Source: a virus
Taxonomy: Duplodnaviria; Caudoviricetes
IMG/VR virus record: IMGVR_UViG_3300034171_000062
Coordinates: 64,001-128,000 of that record
Reading direction: 5' to 3' (one strand)
Length of the DNA stretch: 64,000 bases
Shown here piece after piece: positions 16,873-26,811 of the stretch. Position 1 is the first letter of the stretch, and every line of letters begins with the position of its first letter. The position numbers and the translations under genes were made by a program. The notes under the pieces are model-generated. The model was not told the origin of the DNA. It did no database searches and saw nothing but the letters and a program-made list of their open reading frames with translations.

Positions 16873-18516
16873 TTACTGCCACTGAGGTGGCCATACCACG
16901 CGCCAGGCGCCACTGACGAACGCGTGCAACTGACCGCCCACTTCCCGAAGGGAGAGCGATTCTGCCACGTTCTTTTGCACATACTCAGTTAGCACGTTGG
17001 TCAAACGCCCACTGACGTAAGATTCGACTAAGGCCGGGGTCATGTACCGATCGATGGCGGTGCCTGAGACGGCTTCTGTCTCATTGGCGACCGGGAAGTT
17101 CTCCACCAGACCTAACCCGGTCTGCTCCTTCGTAACCGCGTGGGGGTTGGTCTTGTCGTTAACGTGCGCAGTTAACTGATCCCCTGCAATCTTCTCGATG
17201 GCTTCTCTAACCCGCATGGGCGTCATGTACCGAGTGTTGCTGGCGCCCGATTCTGCTTCGGCTGTATCGGCTATCTGTAGGTTCTCAACGCTACCTAAGC
17301 CCACCTGCGCCTTACTGACGTTGTGGGGGTTGTTAATGGCGTTAACGTGCGCATTAAACGCCTGCCCGACTAACTCGTCGATGGCAGACGCCACCACCGT
17401 GGGCGACATGTATCGATCGCCACGCGTGGCTTCACGCCCGTCGGCCTCATCCGCCATTGGGTAGTTTTGCACGGCCGACAATCCGACCTGAGCCTTAGTG
17501 ACGTTGTGTGGGTTCGACTCGTCATTGATGTGGGCCTGCATCCGATCGCCAAAGAGAGTCTGTACTCCGGCCTTCATGGTAGCTGGGGTAACGAATCGAT
17601 TGGTGGCCGATCCGGCCTCCGCTTCCTCGACAGTCGCATCCGGATAGTTAGACACCGACCCCAACCCGGCCTGCGCCTTGGTCACGTTGTGGGGGTTGTC
17701 GGTTCTCGCCGTATGGGCGTTGAACGGAAGAGTGGCCTGTTCGTTAATTGCCTGAGCCACTCGAAGTGCCGTCATGAACCGAGCGTTGGACGTTCCGTCT
17801 CGTGCCTCTAATTCCGTCGCGGTGCGGTAGTTATCAAGTAACCCGAGTCCCACCTGAGCCTTAGTGACTACGTGTGGGTTGTCAGTACGGGCTTCGTGAC
17901 TGTGCAGTTCGTCGCGTACTTCTTCCGCCCGTACCAACGCTTTCTGATACCGGTCTTCGATCATCGCCTTGAGTTCGTCGTGAGACGCGATGTCGCCGTA
18001 CAGAACGGCCTGCCGGATGCCGTTCAACGCCTCGACTACAAATTCAAACCCATACAGGTCGCCCAAGTCATGAAGGTGCTTGGAGGGGGGGAATGCATCG
18101 GGCCGCCCCAAAAGATCGCCCCACATGACCTCACGTTCATCCAGGTTCAAATTCTCGATGAGGTCGATGATAACCTGAGTGATGTTCGCGTAGTCCCCAC
18201 CCAATACTTGGTAGTTGATGGACAGCTCGTTGGACACCTCAGGATCGGTGACGATGAGGCCGGCACATACTTCTTTACCTGACCGTTCTGACGGATCGGC
18301 GTAGTACATGATCGGAATGTACTGATCGTTCGGAACCAGTATTTCGCCGGTGTCGGCGTCGGTGACCACCAACGACTCGGTAAAAAACGCCCCGTAACGA
18401 GGAACCGCCGCGCGGTTGATGCCCGGTTCCAATGTGTGTAGTTCGCCTAAGATATTATTCTCAGGCGCCGTCCCTGTCAAATCCAGGGGATACTTTATGA
18501 CGTAGTTCTCGCTCAT
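16873..18516 (-). CDS. Tail fibre / virion structural protein with five H-x5-NPHxV(T/S)KxQxGL repeats
   Basis: N-terminal YPLDLTG..N.I..E.H domain shared with 22257-25112; five repeats of about 61 aa. Confidence 0.82.
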   Translation of the reverse strand: MSENYVIKYPLDLTGTAPENNILGELHTLEPGINRAAVPRYGAFFTESLVVTDADTGEILVPNDQYIPIMYYADPSERSGKEVCAGLIVTDPEVSNELSINYQVLGGDYANITQVIIDLIENLNLDEREVMWGDLLGRPDAFPPSKHLHDLGDLYGFEFVVEALNGIRQAVLYGDIASHDELKAMIEDRYQKALVRAEEVRDELHSHEARTDNPHVVTKAQVGLGLLDNYRTATELEARDGTSNARFMTALRVAQAINEQATLPFNAHTARTDNPHNVTKAQAGLGSVSNYPDATVEEAEAGSATNRFVTPATMKAGVQTLFGDRMQAHINDESNPHNVTKAQVGLSAVQNYPMADEADGREATRGDRYMSPTVVASAIDELVGQAFNAHVNAINNPHNVSKAQVGLGSVENLQIADTAEAESGASNTRYMTPMRVREAIEKIAGDQLTAHVNDKTNPHAVTKEQTGLGLVENFPVANETEAVSGTAIDRYMTPALVESYVSGRLTNVLTEYVQKNVAESLSLREVGGQLHAFVSGAWRVVWPPQWQ

Positions 18517-18543
18517 GGCAGTAACCTTTTAAACGTTCGGAAG

Positions 18544-18984
18544 TCAGGGGGTCTTGGCATCGTTAAAGCAAGGCGCCTCACCGGAGTAGTCTGCGATGCG
18601 ACGTTCCAGACGGTCGTCGGCTGAGATCTGCCGCTTCTTGTTGTATCGTCGCCATCCCATAACACGCACGGCCCAGTACATCAATAAAGCGATGTGTGAC
18701 GGCACCCCTTCCTCTAACATTGCTCTATGAAACAACGCGTCGGCTACGGCACGAGAGACCGACGTACCGGAATAGAGAAAGTCGTGTAACAACGCGGACC
18801 AACGGGCCCACCCTTTAAATAGTGAAAACAACACTGGGACGTGCGGAACGCTGTCCAAGTCGGTGACCAAACCTCGCGGTATGGTAAACCCATAACAATC
18901 CCAGTCTTCATTCACTACCCAAAAATGTCGGGTAGGCAAAGGACTAAGGGACGGCAGTTTTAAATGCTCTTTAACCTCGGACAT
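18544..18984 (-). CDS. DUF1353 family protein
   Basis: IPRGLVTDLDSVP...ALLHDFLY...ADALFHRAM..GV...MYWAVRVMG motif series. Confidence 0.78.
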   Translation of the reverse strand: MSEVKEHLKLPSLSPLPTRHFWVVNEDWDCYGFTIPRGLVTDLDSVPHVPVLFSLFKGWARWSALLHDFLYSGTSVSRAVADALFHRAMLEEGVPSHIALLMYWAVRVMGWRRYNKKRQISADDRLERRIADYSGEAPCFNDAKTP

Positions 18985-19079
18985 ACGGCGTCCCTTGTTC
19001 TATTCAATATTGAATTATCGGTGGTACTCATAAAGATATCGCCGAGCCCAGGACCTTAGTCGAGGGATCGGGCGACGTC

Positions 19080-19658
19080 TTAAACATTTGGGTCGTTCGG
19101 CGTACCGCGCAAAACTTCTAAGTCGGCAATGATGGATGTGTAGGTTGTCTCTAAATCTGAAATCAGGGCGACGCGTAGAGCTTGCTTACCCAACAGTCGG
19201 ATGTTTCGAATCGCTAACACAATGCTTTTATACCCAGCTATCTGAGTTTCTATGTCGTTCACCACCCAAGTCAGAGTTTCGCCGGTAACTTGCTGCCACA
19301 CGGAGATTTCGGGTGGGACGGCGTTTGGATCGGCGCCCGCGCTTTGCCAAGACAACAGAACTTCTTCAACCTGTTTGTACTCCAAGTCAATGGTGTTTGA
19401 ACCCACTTCTAGATGCGATTGACGGATGTCGTCAGCGTACTCGTCAACCTTTAAGATAAGGGCATTTCGGCTGGTGTGCCAGATTCCGGGGGCGCGCTCG
19501 AGAATGGCGTCAACTTCTGGTTGGGTGAGTTCGACCATATCGGGGTCGAGTACTTCGGTAGCACTGTACGCAATCTCTTGACTCAACTCGTTGCGAACGA
19601 TTAACCTTACGTTGCCTCGGTAGTCTGAGGTGTTGGTCATAACGTATTTAACAAACAC
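19080..19658 (-). CDS. Hypothetical tail-fibre-associated protein (chaperone/assembly-like)
   Basis: 192-aa ORF in the fibre module; helical C-terminus. Confidence 0.6.
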   Translation of the reverse strand: MFVKYVMTNTSDYRGNVRLIVRNELSQEIAYSATEVLDPDMVELTQPEVDAILERAPGIWHTSRNALILKVDEYADDIRQSHLEVGSNTIDLEYKQVEEVLLSWQSAGADPNAVPPEISVWQQVTGETLTWVVNDIETQIAGYKSIVLAIRNIRLLGKQALRVALISDLETTYTSIIADLEVLRGTPNDPNV

Positions 19659-19676
19659 GAGGTAGCCTCACTTAAC

Positions 19677-20156
19677 TTACGCGGTTGACCCTTTCAAATA
19701 CTTAAGGGTGACGATCGCCTGGAAATCGGTGCGGTCACTTTCAGTAGCCACCATGATCTCGGTGTCGTTCATCCAGATGGCAATTTGATCGGTGGTGGAT
19801 TTGCCTTTTTTCTTCCAGGTGATCGAACTGGTGTGGGGGAGGGGTAACGTAAGGCCCGTCGAGGTTTGAAACACGAACGAATTGCCAGTATCGATCCAAC
19901 GCTCTCCCACCATACTCCACTCACCGACGATGTTCGACGGTATGATCAACGCCTTAGTGGTAGTGTCCGGTAAGGTACCGAAGTTGAGTATCACACCCCA
20001 CATCTCACGGCCGTCTATGATTGCGCCGGTGAAGTATGGCGTATTATAATCGGTTGCGTTCAGGCGGGAAGTTTTAATTTTACTTTGGATTTGAGCGGCA
20101 AATTCTTGAATCGATTGGTCTACTGCTGCTACTTGCACATCAAACCGACTGGGCAT
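19677..20156 (-). CDS. Hypothetical tail-fibre-associated protein
   Basis: 159 aa; N-terminus resembles that of 20230-21381 (I..FAA....); GGAGG RBS. Confidence 0.65.
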   Translation of the reverse strand: MPSRFDVQVAAVDQSIQEFAAQIQSKIKTSRLNATDYNTPYFTGAIIDGREMWGVILNFGTLPDTTTKALIIPSNIVGEWSMVGERWIDTGNSFVFQTSTGLTLPLPHTSSITWKKKGKSTTDQIAIWMNDTEIMVATESDRTDFQAIVTLKYLKGSTA

Positions 20157-20172
20157 AATTGCCTCCGACGTT

Positions 20173-20201
20173 AAAAACGGAGGGACGTTAGTCCCTCCGT
20201 T
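20173..20201 (-). terminator. Intrinsic terminator
   Basis: AACGGAGGGAC (20176-20186) / GTCCCTCCGTT (20191-20201), with a T tract on the minus strand. Confidence 0.8.
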
Positions 20202-20229
20202 GTCTTCGCACTTCAGTTACTGCCGTTTA

Positions 20230-21381
20230 TTACGACGCTTGAAGACTTGCCAGAGCGTCGGTGAATGCGGTTTCCAGAGACGTCAACGCAGCCGCTGTAT
20301 CGACTTCCATTGCATCACGAACCCCTTTCACGCCTGCTGGAGTTACAAACAGGTTGGTGGCGGTACCAGTGACGGTTTCAGGAACCGTCGCAGTTGCAAA
20401 GTTATCAACCGAACCAAGACCAACGTCAGCTGCTGTGACCGCATCGATCGCGGCAATGGCAGCATCGATGTCAGCTTGAGTAGCTTTGGCATCGATCTGT
20501 GACTGAAGGCCAGACGCGACAGCGTCCGTGTGTGCCTTGGTCAGAGCCGGCGTCATGTACTTATCAGTCACCAGACCGGCAACCGCTTCTGGGCTGGTGG
20601 CAACTGCGTAGTTAGCAACGTTACCAAGACCAACGCTTGCGGAAGTCAGGGCAGCAACGGCCGCATCGATGTCGTCTTGATCAGCTTTAGCGCCGATCTG
20701 AGCAGTCAGTCCGTCGATGATGTCTGGGTTGTTTTCCAGAGCCGCCGCCAGTTCAGCGATGGTGTCCAGAGTAGCCGGGGCAGAACCAACCTTCTGGCTC
20801 CAGAACGCATCCATAACGTGCCACAGAACCTGAGTGGTCATGAACTTGTCGGCAGTTACAACACGAACGACCAGCTTGTCGCCAACGGTAGCGCCAGTGG
20901 TCAGGGTGACTGTGTCGCTGGGGACGTCGATGGTGTAGTTAGCATCGCTGATGCGGTTGTCGTTCAGTTCAACGTAAACAACGGCACCGTCTTCCAGTTC
21001 CAGAGTCGCTGCGTTATCATCAACGCCGGAGAACGCCGTCTGACCTTCAGTAGCGGTGTACAGGAAGCCGATACCCGCCGCTTCAAGTTCAGTCGCTGAC
21101 GCGAAGTTGTCAACCATATCCAGACCAACCTGAGCGGCAGTAACGCCGTGCGGGTTGTCAGTACGAGCAATGTGAAGGTCCAGGGAGTCTTGAACGTTTT
21201 GAACGGTCAGACCGGTGGTACCCGCAATCAGTTCAACCACTTCGTTGAGAGTCAGACCCTCAAGTTTGCCGGAGTTGGTCGCATAGTCAGCGCTGGAGGC
21301 GCTCTGAAGCTGAGTTTTCAGTTCGGCGGCAAATGCGAGAATCGCATTACGAACCGCAGTATTTTGAGTATCGTACGACAT
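20230..21381 (-). CDS. Tail fibre-like virion protein
   Basis: HIARTDNPHGVTAAQVGL, APATLDTIAELAAALENNP and VGLGxVxN(Y/F)A repeats; ATEGQTAF beta-insert. Confidence 0.78.
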   Translation of the reverse strand: MSYDTQNTAVRNAILAFAAELKTQLQSASSADYATNSGKLEGLTLNEVVELIAGTTGLTVQNVQDSLDLHIARTDNPHGVTAAQVGLDMVDNFASATELEAAGIGFLYTATEGQTAFSGVDDNAATLELEDGAVVYVELNDNRISDANYTIDVPSDTVTLTTGATVGDKLVVRVVTADKFMTTQVLWHVMDAFWSQKVGSAPATLDTIAELAAALENNPDIIDGLTAQIGAKADQDDIDAAVAALTSASVGLGNVANYAVATSPEAVAGLVTDKYMTPALTKAHTDAVASGLQSQIDAKATQADIDAAIAAIDAVTAADVGLGSVDNFATATVPETVTGTATNLFVTPAGVKGVRDAMEVDTAAALTSLETAFTDALASLQAS

Positions 21382-21510
21382 AAGGAGTTGACCTTTAAGT
21401 TCGTGTTAATGTGAAACCAGTTACGAAGCGTACTGTGCCATGGCATTCGTCGGATCGACACTGGAACAGATGTGTCTTCCATAGCATGTGTAGTTTTTTA
21501 TGCGTTCATA

Positions 21511-22200
21511 TTAGGCGACCGATATAGAATCAATGATTCGCTTTTGAACCTGGGGATTTCTGAAGTCGTTTACTGCACTGCCAAGTAGCGTGCGACCGTC
21601 CGAATAGACGTGAGGACTTCTGATGTAGCGGTCCTTATAGTCCAAGTCATACAGCACATCGCCACGAGTATTCAAAATGTTACCTCGATACCGAACTTCA
21701 GCCAAGACGTCACGCAGTTCCCAGGAGTCGTCTTTATCGATGACTCGCACGTGATGTACGTTGTATACCACCAACATCGAATCGTCGTCAAGATTGTATC
21801 GACGTGTGGCGGTATTGAGATCCATCATTCGAGTGTGGGCGTTGCTTCGATTTCTTGACGCTTCGCCCTTTAGTACCACGGCGTAAAAATGTCGACGGAT
21901 GCGAGTGAGTAGTTCCCCGACGTCGATCTCCAAAGTCCCGGCGGTGAAGCTAAACGTCCGTTCGCCGGTAAATGGTGACTGGTACGATTTACTGCGGTCT
22001 TCCCAGTCTTTCGCTGCCGAAGGTTGCACACCACCTTCAACAAAACTGATGTCGTAGGTAATCACACGCATCCGCACAGGCGGGGGCGCCGAATAGATCC
22101 GAATGTTCACTGGCTTTACATACGCCACGATCGACTCGGTCTGTCTGGCGCTGAACCCAGAACACAGGAACACCCCGGATAGGGCGTTGCTCATAGCCAT
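21511..22200 (-). CDS. Hypothetical protein
   Basis: 229-aa ORF with an AGGAG RBS. Confidence 0.7.
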   Translation of the reverse strand: MAMSNALSGVFLCSGFSARQTESIVAYVKPVNIRIYSAPPPVRMRVITYDISFVEGGVQPSAAKDWEDRSKSYQSPFTGERTFSFTAGTLEIDVGELLTRIRRHFYAVVLKGEASRNRSNAHTRMMDLNTATRRYNLDDDSMLVVYNVHHVRVIDKDDSWELRDVLAEVRYRGNILNTRGDVLYDLDYKDRYIRSPHVYSDGRTLLGSAVNDFRNPQVQKRIIDSISVA

Positions 22201-22256
22201 CTCCTAATTAATGCCAGTTAAAGCACGGGCAGAAAACACTGCCCGTTTGAGTACGA

Positions 22257-25112
22257 TCAATCGATGGACAAGTACAACTCGCCGCTGTCGCCACCGGTCA
22301 ACCAACCGCCTTCCCCAGAACCGATGCTCCAGAGAAGTACATCCGCTGGGGTGGTGGGTACTGCCGACCAGAAACGTCCTCCATCTACGCTTCTAAGTAG
22401 CCGATTGTCTAACGTCAGTGCTACCCACAGGTTGTATTTATCGACGACCAGTTCTTTGATCTGTCGGATGTGTTCGATCTGTTGCCATGCGCCGTTGGCG
22501 GCACTGTATCGGTGATGGAGACCGCCTGTTTCAACCGCGACTATGTGTCCGTTGAAGTCCACTTCCACGTGATCGATCTGTTCCGTGTTAGGCACGCCGT
22601 TAACCAACGCTTCGGTTCCAAGGCCCGACCACACGTACAGACCGCTGGCGGTCGCAAGATACACTTCCTGGGATTGGGTCAGCGCGGCGTCTGAGATAGT
22701 AGGCAACGTACTGAGATCAACCGGAGTTTCCCAGGTCGCACCGCCGTCGTTACTTTCTACCAGACCCGTAGCTCCAACGACCACCACATACGAGGCGCCG
22801 ATGTTGTCTACTGACGTGACGGATTGACCGAACGCCGTTACTGGCGTCCAGTTGATACCGCCGTCGGTCGTGCGATACACGTCGCCATCGATCGTTACAA
22901 AGACCCACGTTAATCCCGTTAAGTATCGAACAAACGCAATGTCTTTCGTAACCCCTGAGGTGACTGGGGTCCAGTTCACGCCGTTATCGGTACTGTACCC
23001 CATGAGCCCATTCGACCCAACCGCGATCCACCGATTACTTGGGCCGCCGTCTAGATCGAAAATCCGATCCGTGGTCTGCGTGAAGATCCCGTTCACCGAC
23101 CCTTCTTGCAACTTAATAACGTTTCCTCCGTTTAACGCCCACATACCGTCTTCGAACGAGGTGGTGAGGTTATTGGTAAGGACGGTTATTTGTTGATTGG
23201 TGACGTACGTATCGCCAGCGATGGTTTCAATACTTGAAACAATCTCATCTCGGGTCAGACCGTCCAACTTCTGAGAGTCGACTGCAACGCCATCGACGTC
23301 CAACTTCTGAAGAAGGAATGCCTCAATCTCGTCTCGAGCGTATCCGTTCAAGAGGTCGATGGTGACGTTGTGGGGGTTGTTTTGATCGATTACGTGATCG
23401 GTCAAAATAGTGTCTTGATCCGTTTGGGTGGTCTCCAACGTGTTCAAACGGTTAGACAAGTTACCGTAGTTCCCTGTGATGTACGAGTCAATCGCCCATT
23501 TGGCGCCCTGAGGGGTGATGAACCGATCGCTCCGAGTGCCCCCACGCGCATCGGGTTCAAGGGCGGTTGCGAAATTGTCAACGTTGCTCAATCCTAGCTG
23601 AGCCTTGGTCACCTGATGGGGGTTGTCGATGCGGTTCACATGCGCCGATAAATCCGATCCCACCCCAGCGGCGATGTAGTCTGCGACAACTTTCGGAGTG
23701 ACGTAGTGAGACGGCGACGTTCCCAAGGTCATAACTGGAGCCGTAGCAACTGGGTAATTACTTACCTTATCCAGACCCACCTGAGCCTTAGTCACGTTGT
23801 GTGGGTTGTTGGTATCGGCTGGGTGTTCCCCCAACGTCCCGCCAACCAACTCATTGACGGTAAGGCGCACCCCGTAAGGCGTCATGTACCGATCCAAGGC
23901 GGTGGCCGCCTTAGCTTCTTCTTCTGAAGCAACTGCAAAGTTCTGCACGGCCGCCAGACCCACTTGACCTTTAGTCACCTGATGGGGGTTGTTACGATCC
24001 GACACGTGGTCGCCCAACGGACCCGTGACCATCTCGTTGATCAACAGTTTGGTGTGGTACGGCGACATGAAGTAATCCGCCGAGTTACCAGCTTCTGCGA
24101 CCACAACCGTTGCCATGGGTAAGTTCGGCACGGCCGCCAAACCCACTTGCGCCTTGGTAACAAGATGAGGGTTGTCTTGGCGTTGCAAGTGTTCCGCCAC
24201 GCCGACCCCAACCTTCTCTTCCAACAAACTAACCACGTTCGCCGGGGTCATGTAGTGACTGGTGCTGACGCCTTCTCTAGCCGTGGCATTGTCTGCCGGC
24301 GGGTAGTCTGCGACTTGACTCAATCCCACTTGCGCCTTACTGACGTTGTGGGGGTTTTCCAGATCGTCTCGATGCTGACGAAACTCGTCCCCTATTTGAA
24401 ACGCTATAGCGCTCCGCACTCGCGCCGGGGTCATGTAACGGGTGTTGAGCGTACCCTCATTGCCTTCGTTGATGCTGGCTATGGGGTAGTTCTGCAACAG
24501 AGACAATCCGACCTGAGTCTTGGTCACGTTGTGTGGGTTCGACTCGTCATTGATGTGTTGGGTAACAACGTTCGTCCCAGCCCCACCGTCTTCGATGGCT
24601 TGACGAACACCTTCAAGACTGTCAACGACTTCTGACGCGCCAACTAAGTCCACCAAATCCCACTCGTGATCGATGACTGGGAAGGTGGCCGGTTGTTCAA
24701 CAACTTGTTCCCACGTAGTGATGCGTGGGTTGTTCATGACGTCGGCCAGCATCTCTGCGGCTTTCTCTTCGTTGATCGTCCAAGGTCCGCCAAGGGTGTT
24801 GTACGTAACTTCCAGTACCCCGGTCAACTGACGGTCGTAGATAGAGATTGCCCCATACACCGGTCGTGCGGTCGCCCTCGATGCCCCTAGGAACTGATAC
24901 CCTAGAACAAAATCAATGCCATCGATGAGTTCTCTACCACTGGGCCAGTGGCGTATGGTTAGGTTTTCTTTGAAGAATGGCCCAGCCAGAGGCACCACGA
25001 AGTAAAAATCCGTGTAGTCCGGTGGGTTGATCGTGTGACGTTCATTGATGATGCGATTACTGCTCACCTGACCCGTAGGATCAAACGGATAAGCATACTG
25101 TTGTTCACTCAT
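22257..25112 (-). CDS. Long tail fibre with seven NPH repeats and a C-terminal Asp-box (BNR) beta-propeller
   Basis: YPFDPTG N-domain; 7 NPHxV(T/S) repeats; C-terminal STDNGVNW, TTDGGINW, SNDGGATW, SVDGGRFW Asp-box motifs. Confidence 0.85.
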   Translation of the reverse strand: MSEQQYAYPFDPTGQVSSNRIINERHTINPPDYTDFYFVVPLAGPFFKENLTIRHWPSGRELIDGIDFVLGYQFLGASRATARPVYGAISIYDRQLTGVLEVTYNTLGGPWTINEEKAAEMLADVMNNPRITTWEQVVEQPATFPVIDHEWDLVDLVGASEVVDSLEGVRQAIEDGGAGTNVVTQHINDESNPHNVTKTQVGLSLLQNYPIASINEGNEGTLNTRYMTPARVRSAIAFQIGDEFRQHRDDLENPHNVSKAQVGLSQVADYPPADNATAREGVSTSHYMTPANVVSLLEEKVGVGVAEHLQRQDNPHLVTKAQVGLAAVPNLPMATVVVAEAGNSADYFMSPYHTKLLINEMVTGPLGDHVSDRNNPHQVTKGQVGLAAVQNFAVASEEEAKAATALDRYMTPYGVRLTVNELVGGTLGEHPADTNNPHNVTKAQVGLDKVSNYPVATAPVMTLGTSPSHYVTPKVVADYIAAGVGSDLSAHVNRIDNPHQVTKAQLGLSNVDNFATALEPDARGGTRSDRFITPQGAKWAIDSYITGNYGNLSNRLNTLETTQTDQDTILTDHVIDQNNPHNVTIDLLNGYARDEIEAFLLQKLDVDGVAVDSQKLDGLTRDEIVSSIETIAGDTYVTNQQITVLTNNLTTSFEDGMWALNGGNVIKLQEGSVNGIFTQTTDRIFDLDGGPSNRWIAVGSNGLMGYSTDNGVNWTPVTSGVTKDIAFVRYLTGLTWVFVTIDGDVYRTTDGGINWTPVTAFGQSVTSVDNIGASYVVVVGATGLVESNDGGATWETPVDLSTLPTISDAALTQSQEVYLATASGLYVWSGLGTEALVNGVPNTEQIDHVEVDFNGHIVAVETGGLHHRYSAANGAWQQIEHIRQIKELVVDKYNLWVALTLDNRLLRSVDGGRFWSAVPTTPADVLLWSIGSGEGGWLTGGDSGELYLSID

Positions 25113-25229
25113 GTGACGATCCTTTGATTAAAAGGAGTGAAATCCTATAGAGAGCTTCTATATTTACCATATCATTTAACCGACGGTCCACGGCCTCCCG
25201 TGACTGAGACCCATCGAAGGAGAGATTCC

Positions 25230-26474
25230 ATGCGGTATACGTACGTTCAAGCCATTGCTAAACCTAAGGCACGTGGGAGTCGTTGGATTGAGGTGGACCT
25301 TCAACACACCCAACTTCAAGTCCTGTTAAGTGACTACCATTCCGCCCAGATCGAGTTGGCTCACCCCACCCTTTCGAGCGAACAGTACCTGACGTTGGAT
25401 GCCATCCGTGAACGGGTCACCGACCAGTCACTTACGTTCGACGAATGGTTAGATACCTTAGGCGATGCCAGTCTTCCCACGGTGCTTGGTAAGCCTCAGT
25501 TGAAAACCGTCACCGTAGATCACCGCGACGGCTGGATGTCTGGGTTCAACGTAGAACCCACGAGGATGGGCTCGCACCCAGACAACGATTGGGCGGCCGA
25601 ACATGAAGTCGACCTCCTTCTTACGCGGCCCGATACAGATTATCGTAAACTTTATGACAACTGTCTGGTGACGGTCAATGGGTTGGTGCGGCAAACCTCA
25701 TACAGCGAACAGGGTCTCTACGTCGTAAACGGCGCTCAAGCCAAGGTCGGCAGTTCGGAAACCAACCTCTCCCTCACCGATTTTTCGAAACTTGGGGGAC
25801 TTGAGTTTGTTAACCTGACTAAAGAGATGCTCTACCGTCCTCAGGAGGCCGCCAAGCACTATCAGTACGCTCACCTGAACCTTGGGGTAGACACCGAGAA
25901 CCGGACCGTACTGTTGGTCTTAGGGGGGTACCTACACATCCTAGACAATCTATACAAAGAGATAGGAAACGGGTTGATTCAGATCGACTTCAACAATTAT
26001 CCCATGATCCAACGGTATTACGACTCGCGCAGTCTGATGAACGTGGCGTTACTCGACGCTCAGTTGGAGTCCTTCGAACAAAACGAGTCGCAACGAGTGG
26101 TGAGTGAGTTGTTGCGCAGTGAAACCACGATAGAGAACTTCCTGGACCTGCCAGAGAGTTTTGCCGTGGTGGTCAATACGCCGAACTTGTACGTGGAGAG
26201 GCATCAGGTAGAGAGATCCGGACTGCCTGGAATCTTCTTTTGGCACGACGTTCCTAGGTGGCCTTTATTGTGCCAACGTGGGAAGTTAAAAGAATACTGG
26301 GCGCAAGACGACGACGGCAAGTGGGTCATCAGTTGTGAAAGCAATCTGGTGCCAAACTACCAGTTCGAACACACGCATTACGAAACCCTGGTCAGTGTTA
26401 CTGATCATAAGGTACCGAGCAATCCGTACTACGCGGATCGAGGGTACTTGTTGGAGATCGGTAAAGACCTGTAA
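25230..26474 (+). CDS. Putative virion structural protein (phiKZ-like conserved type)
   Basis: Start MRYTYVQA at 25230 after AAGGAGA; ~414 aa; LVTVNG and LVLGGYLH motifs; divergent from the fibre genes. Confidence 0.65.
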   Translation: MRYTYVQAIAKPKARGSRWIEVDLQHTQLQVLLSDYHSAQIELAHPTLSSEQYLTLDAIRERVTDQSLTFDEWLDTLGDASLPTVLGKPQLKTVTVDHRDGWMSGFNVEPTRMGSHPDNDWAAEHEVDLLLTRPDTDYRKLYDNCLVTVNGLVRQTSYSEQGLYVVNGAQAKVGSSETNLSLTDFSKLGGLEFVNLTKEMLYRPQEAAKHYQYAHLNLGVDTENRTVLLVLGGYLHILDNLYKEIGNGLIQIDFNNYPMIQRYYDSRSLMNVALLDAQLESFEQNESQRVVSELLRSETTIENFLDLPESFAVVVNTPNLYVERHQVERSGLPGIFFWHDVPRWPLLCQRGKLKEYWAQDDDGKWVISCESNLVPNYQFEHTHYETLVSVTDHKVPSNPYYADRGYLLEIGKDL

Positions 26475-26494
26475 CGCATTTGAAGAGGTGGTGG

Positions 26495-26704
26495 ATGTCC
26501 CTTTCCAAACTGACCAAACTCAGAGACGCCTACGCCGACAAAGTTAAGGCCCATCAGGACGCTACTCAAAGTAACGATAAAACCTCAATGACTAAAGCAA
26601 AGCGGACGATGAAGGCCGCGGGCAAGTCTTATCTCAAGGCCATATATGCAGCGGCAGAAACGCACTCCAAGACAGACGTCTGGGACGTCATACTGCCTGG
26701 GTAA
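26495..26704 (+). CDS. Small basic helical hypothetical protein
   Basis: ATG at 26495 after GAGGTGG; 69 aa. Confidence 0.6.
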   Translation: MSLSKLTKLRDAYADKVKAHQDATQSNDKTSMTKAKRTMKAAGKSYLKAIYAAAETHSKTDVWDVILPG

Positions 26705-26728
26705 TCCGAAGTAACGCATAGGCAACGC

Positions 26729-26769
26729 GAAAATAAGGAGGGACCCATGGGTCCCTCCGTTTATGTCGT
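26729..26769. terminator. Bidirectional terminator between convergent genes
   Basis: GGAGGGACCCATGGGTCCCTCC palindrome flanked by AAAATAA and GTTTATGTCG. Confidence 0.8.
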
Positions 26770-26811
26770 TTCGTTAAAATGGAAAAGACCGATCGCCTTC
26801 CGCATATTCGG

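Noticed and set aside
16873-25112. Periodic ~185-bp repeats as a CRISPR array or DGR template/variable repeats
   Set aside because: The repeats are in-frame protein repeats with degenerate codons. There is no cas or reverse transcriptase gene and no adenine-specific mismatch pattern.
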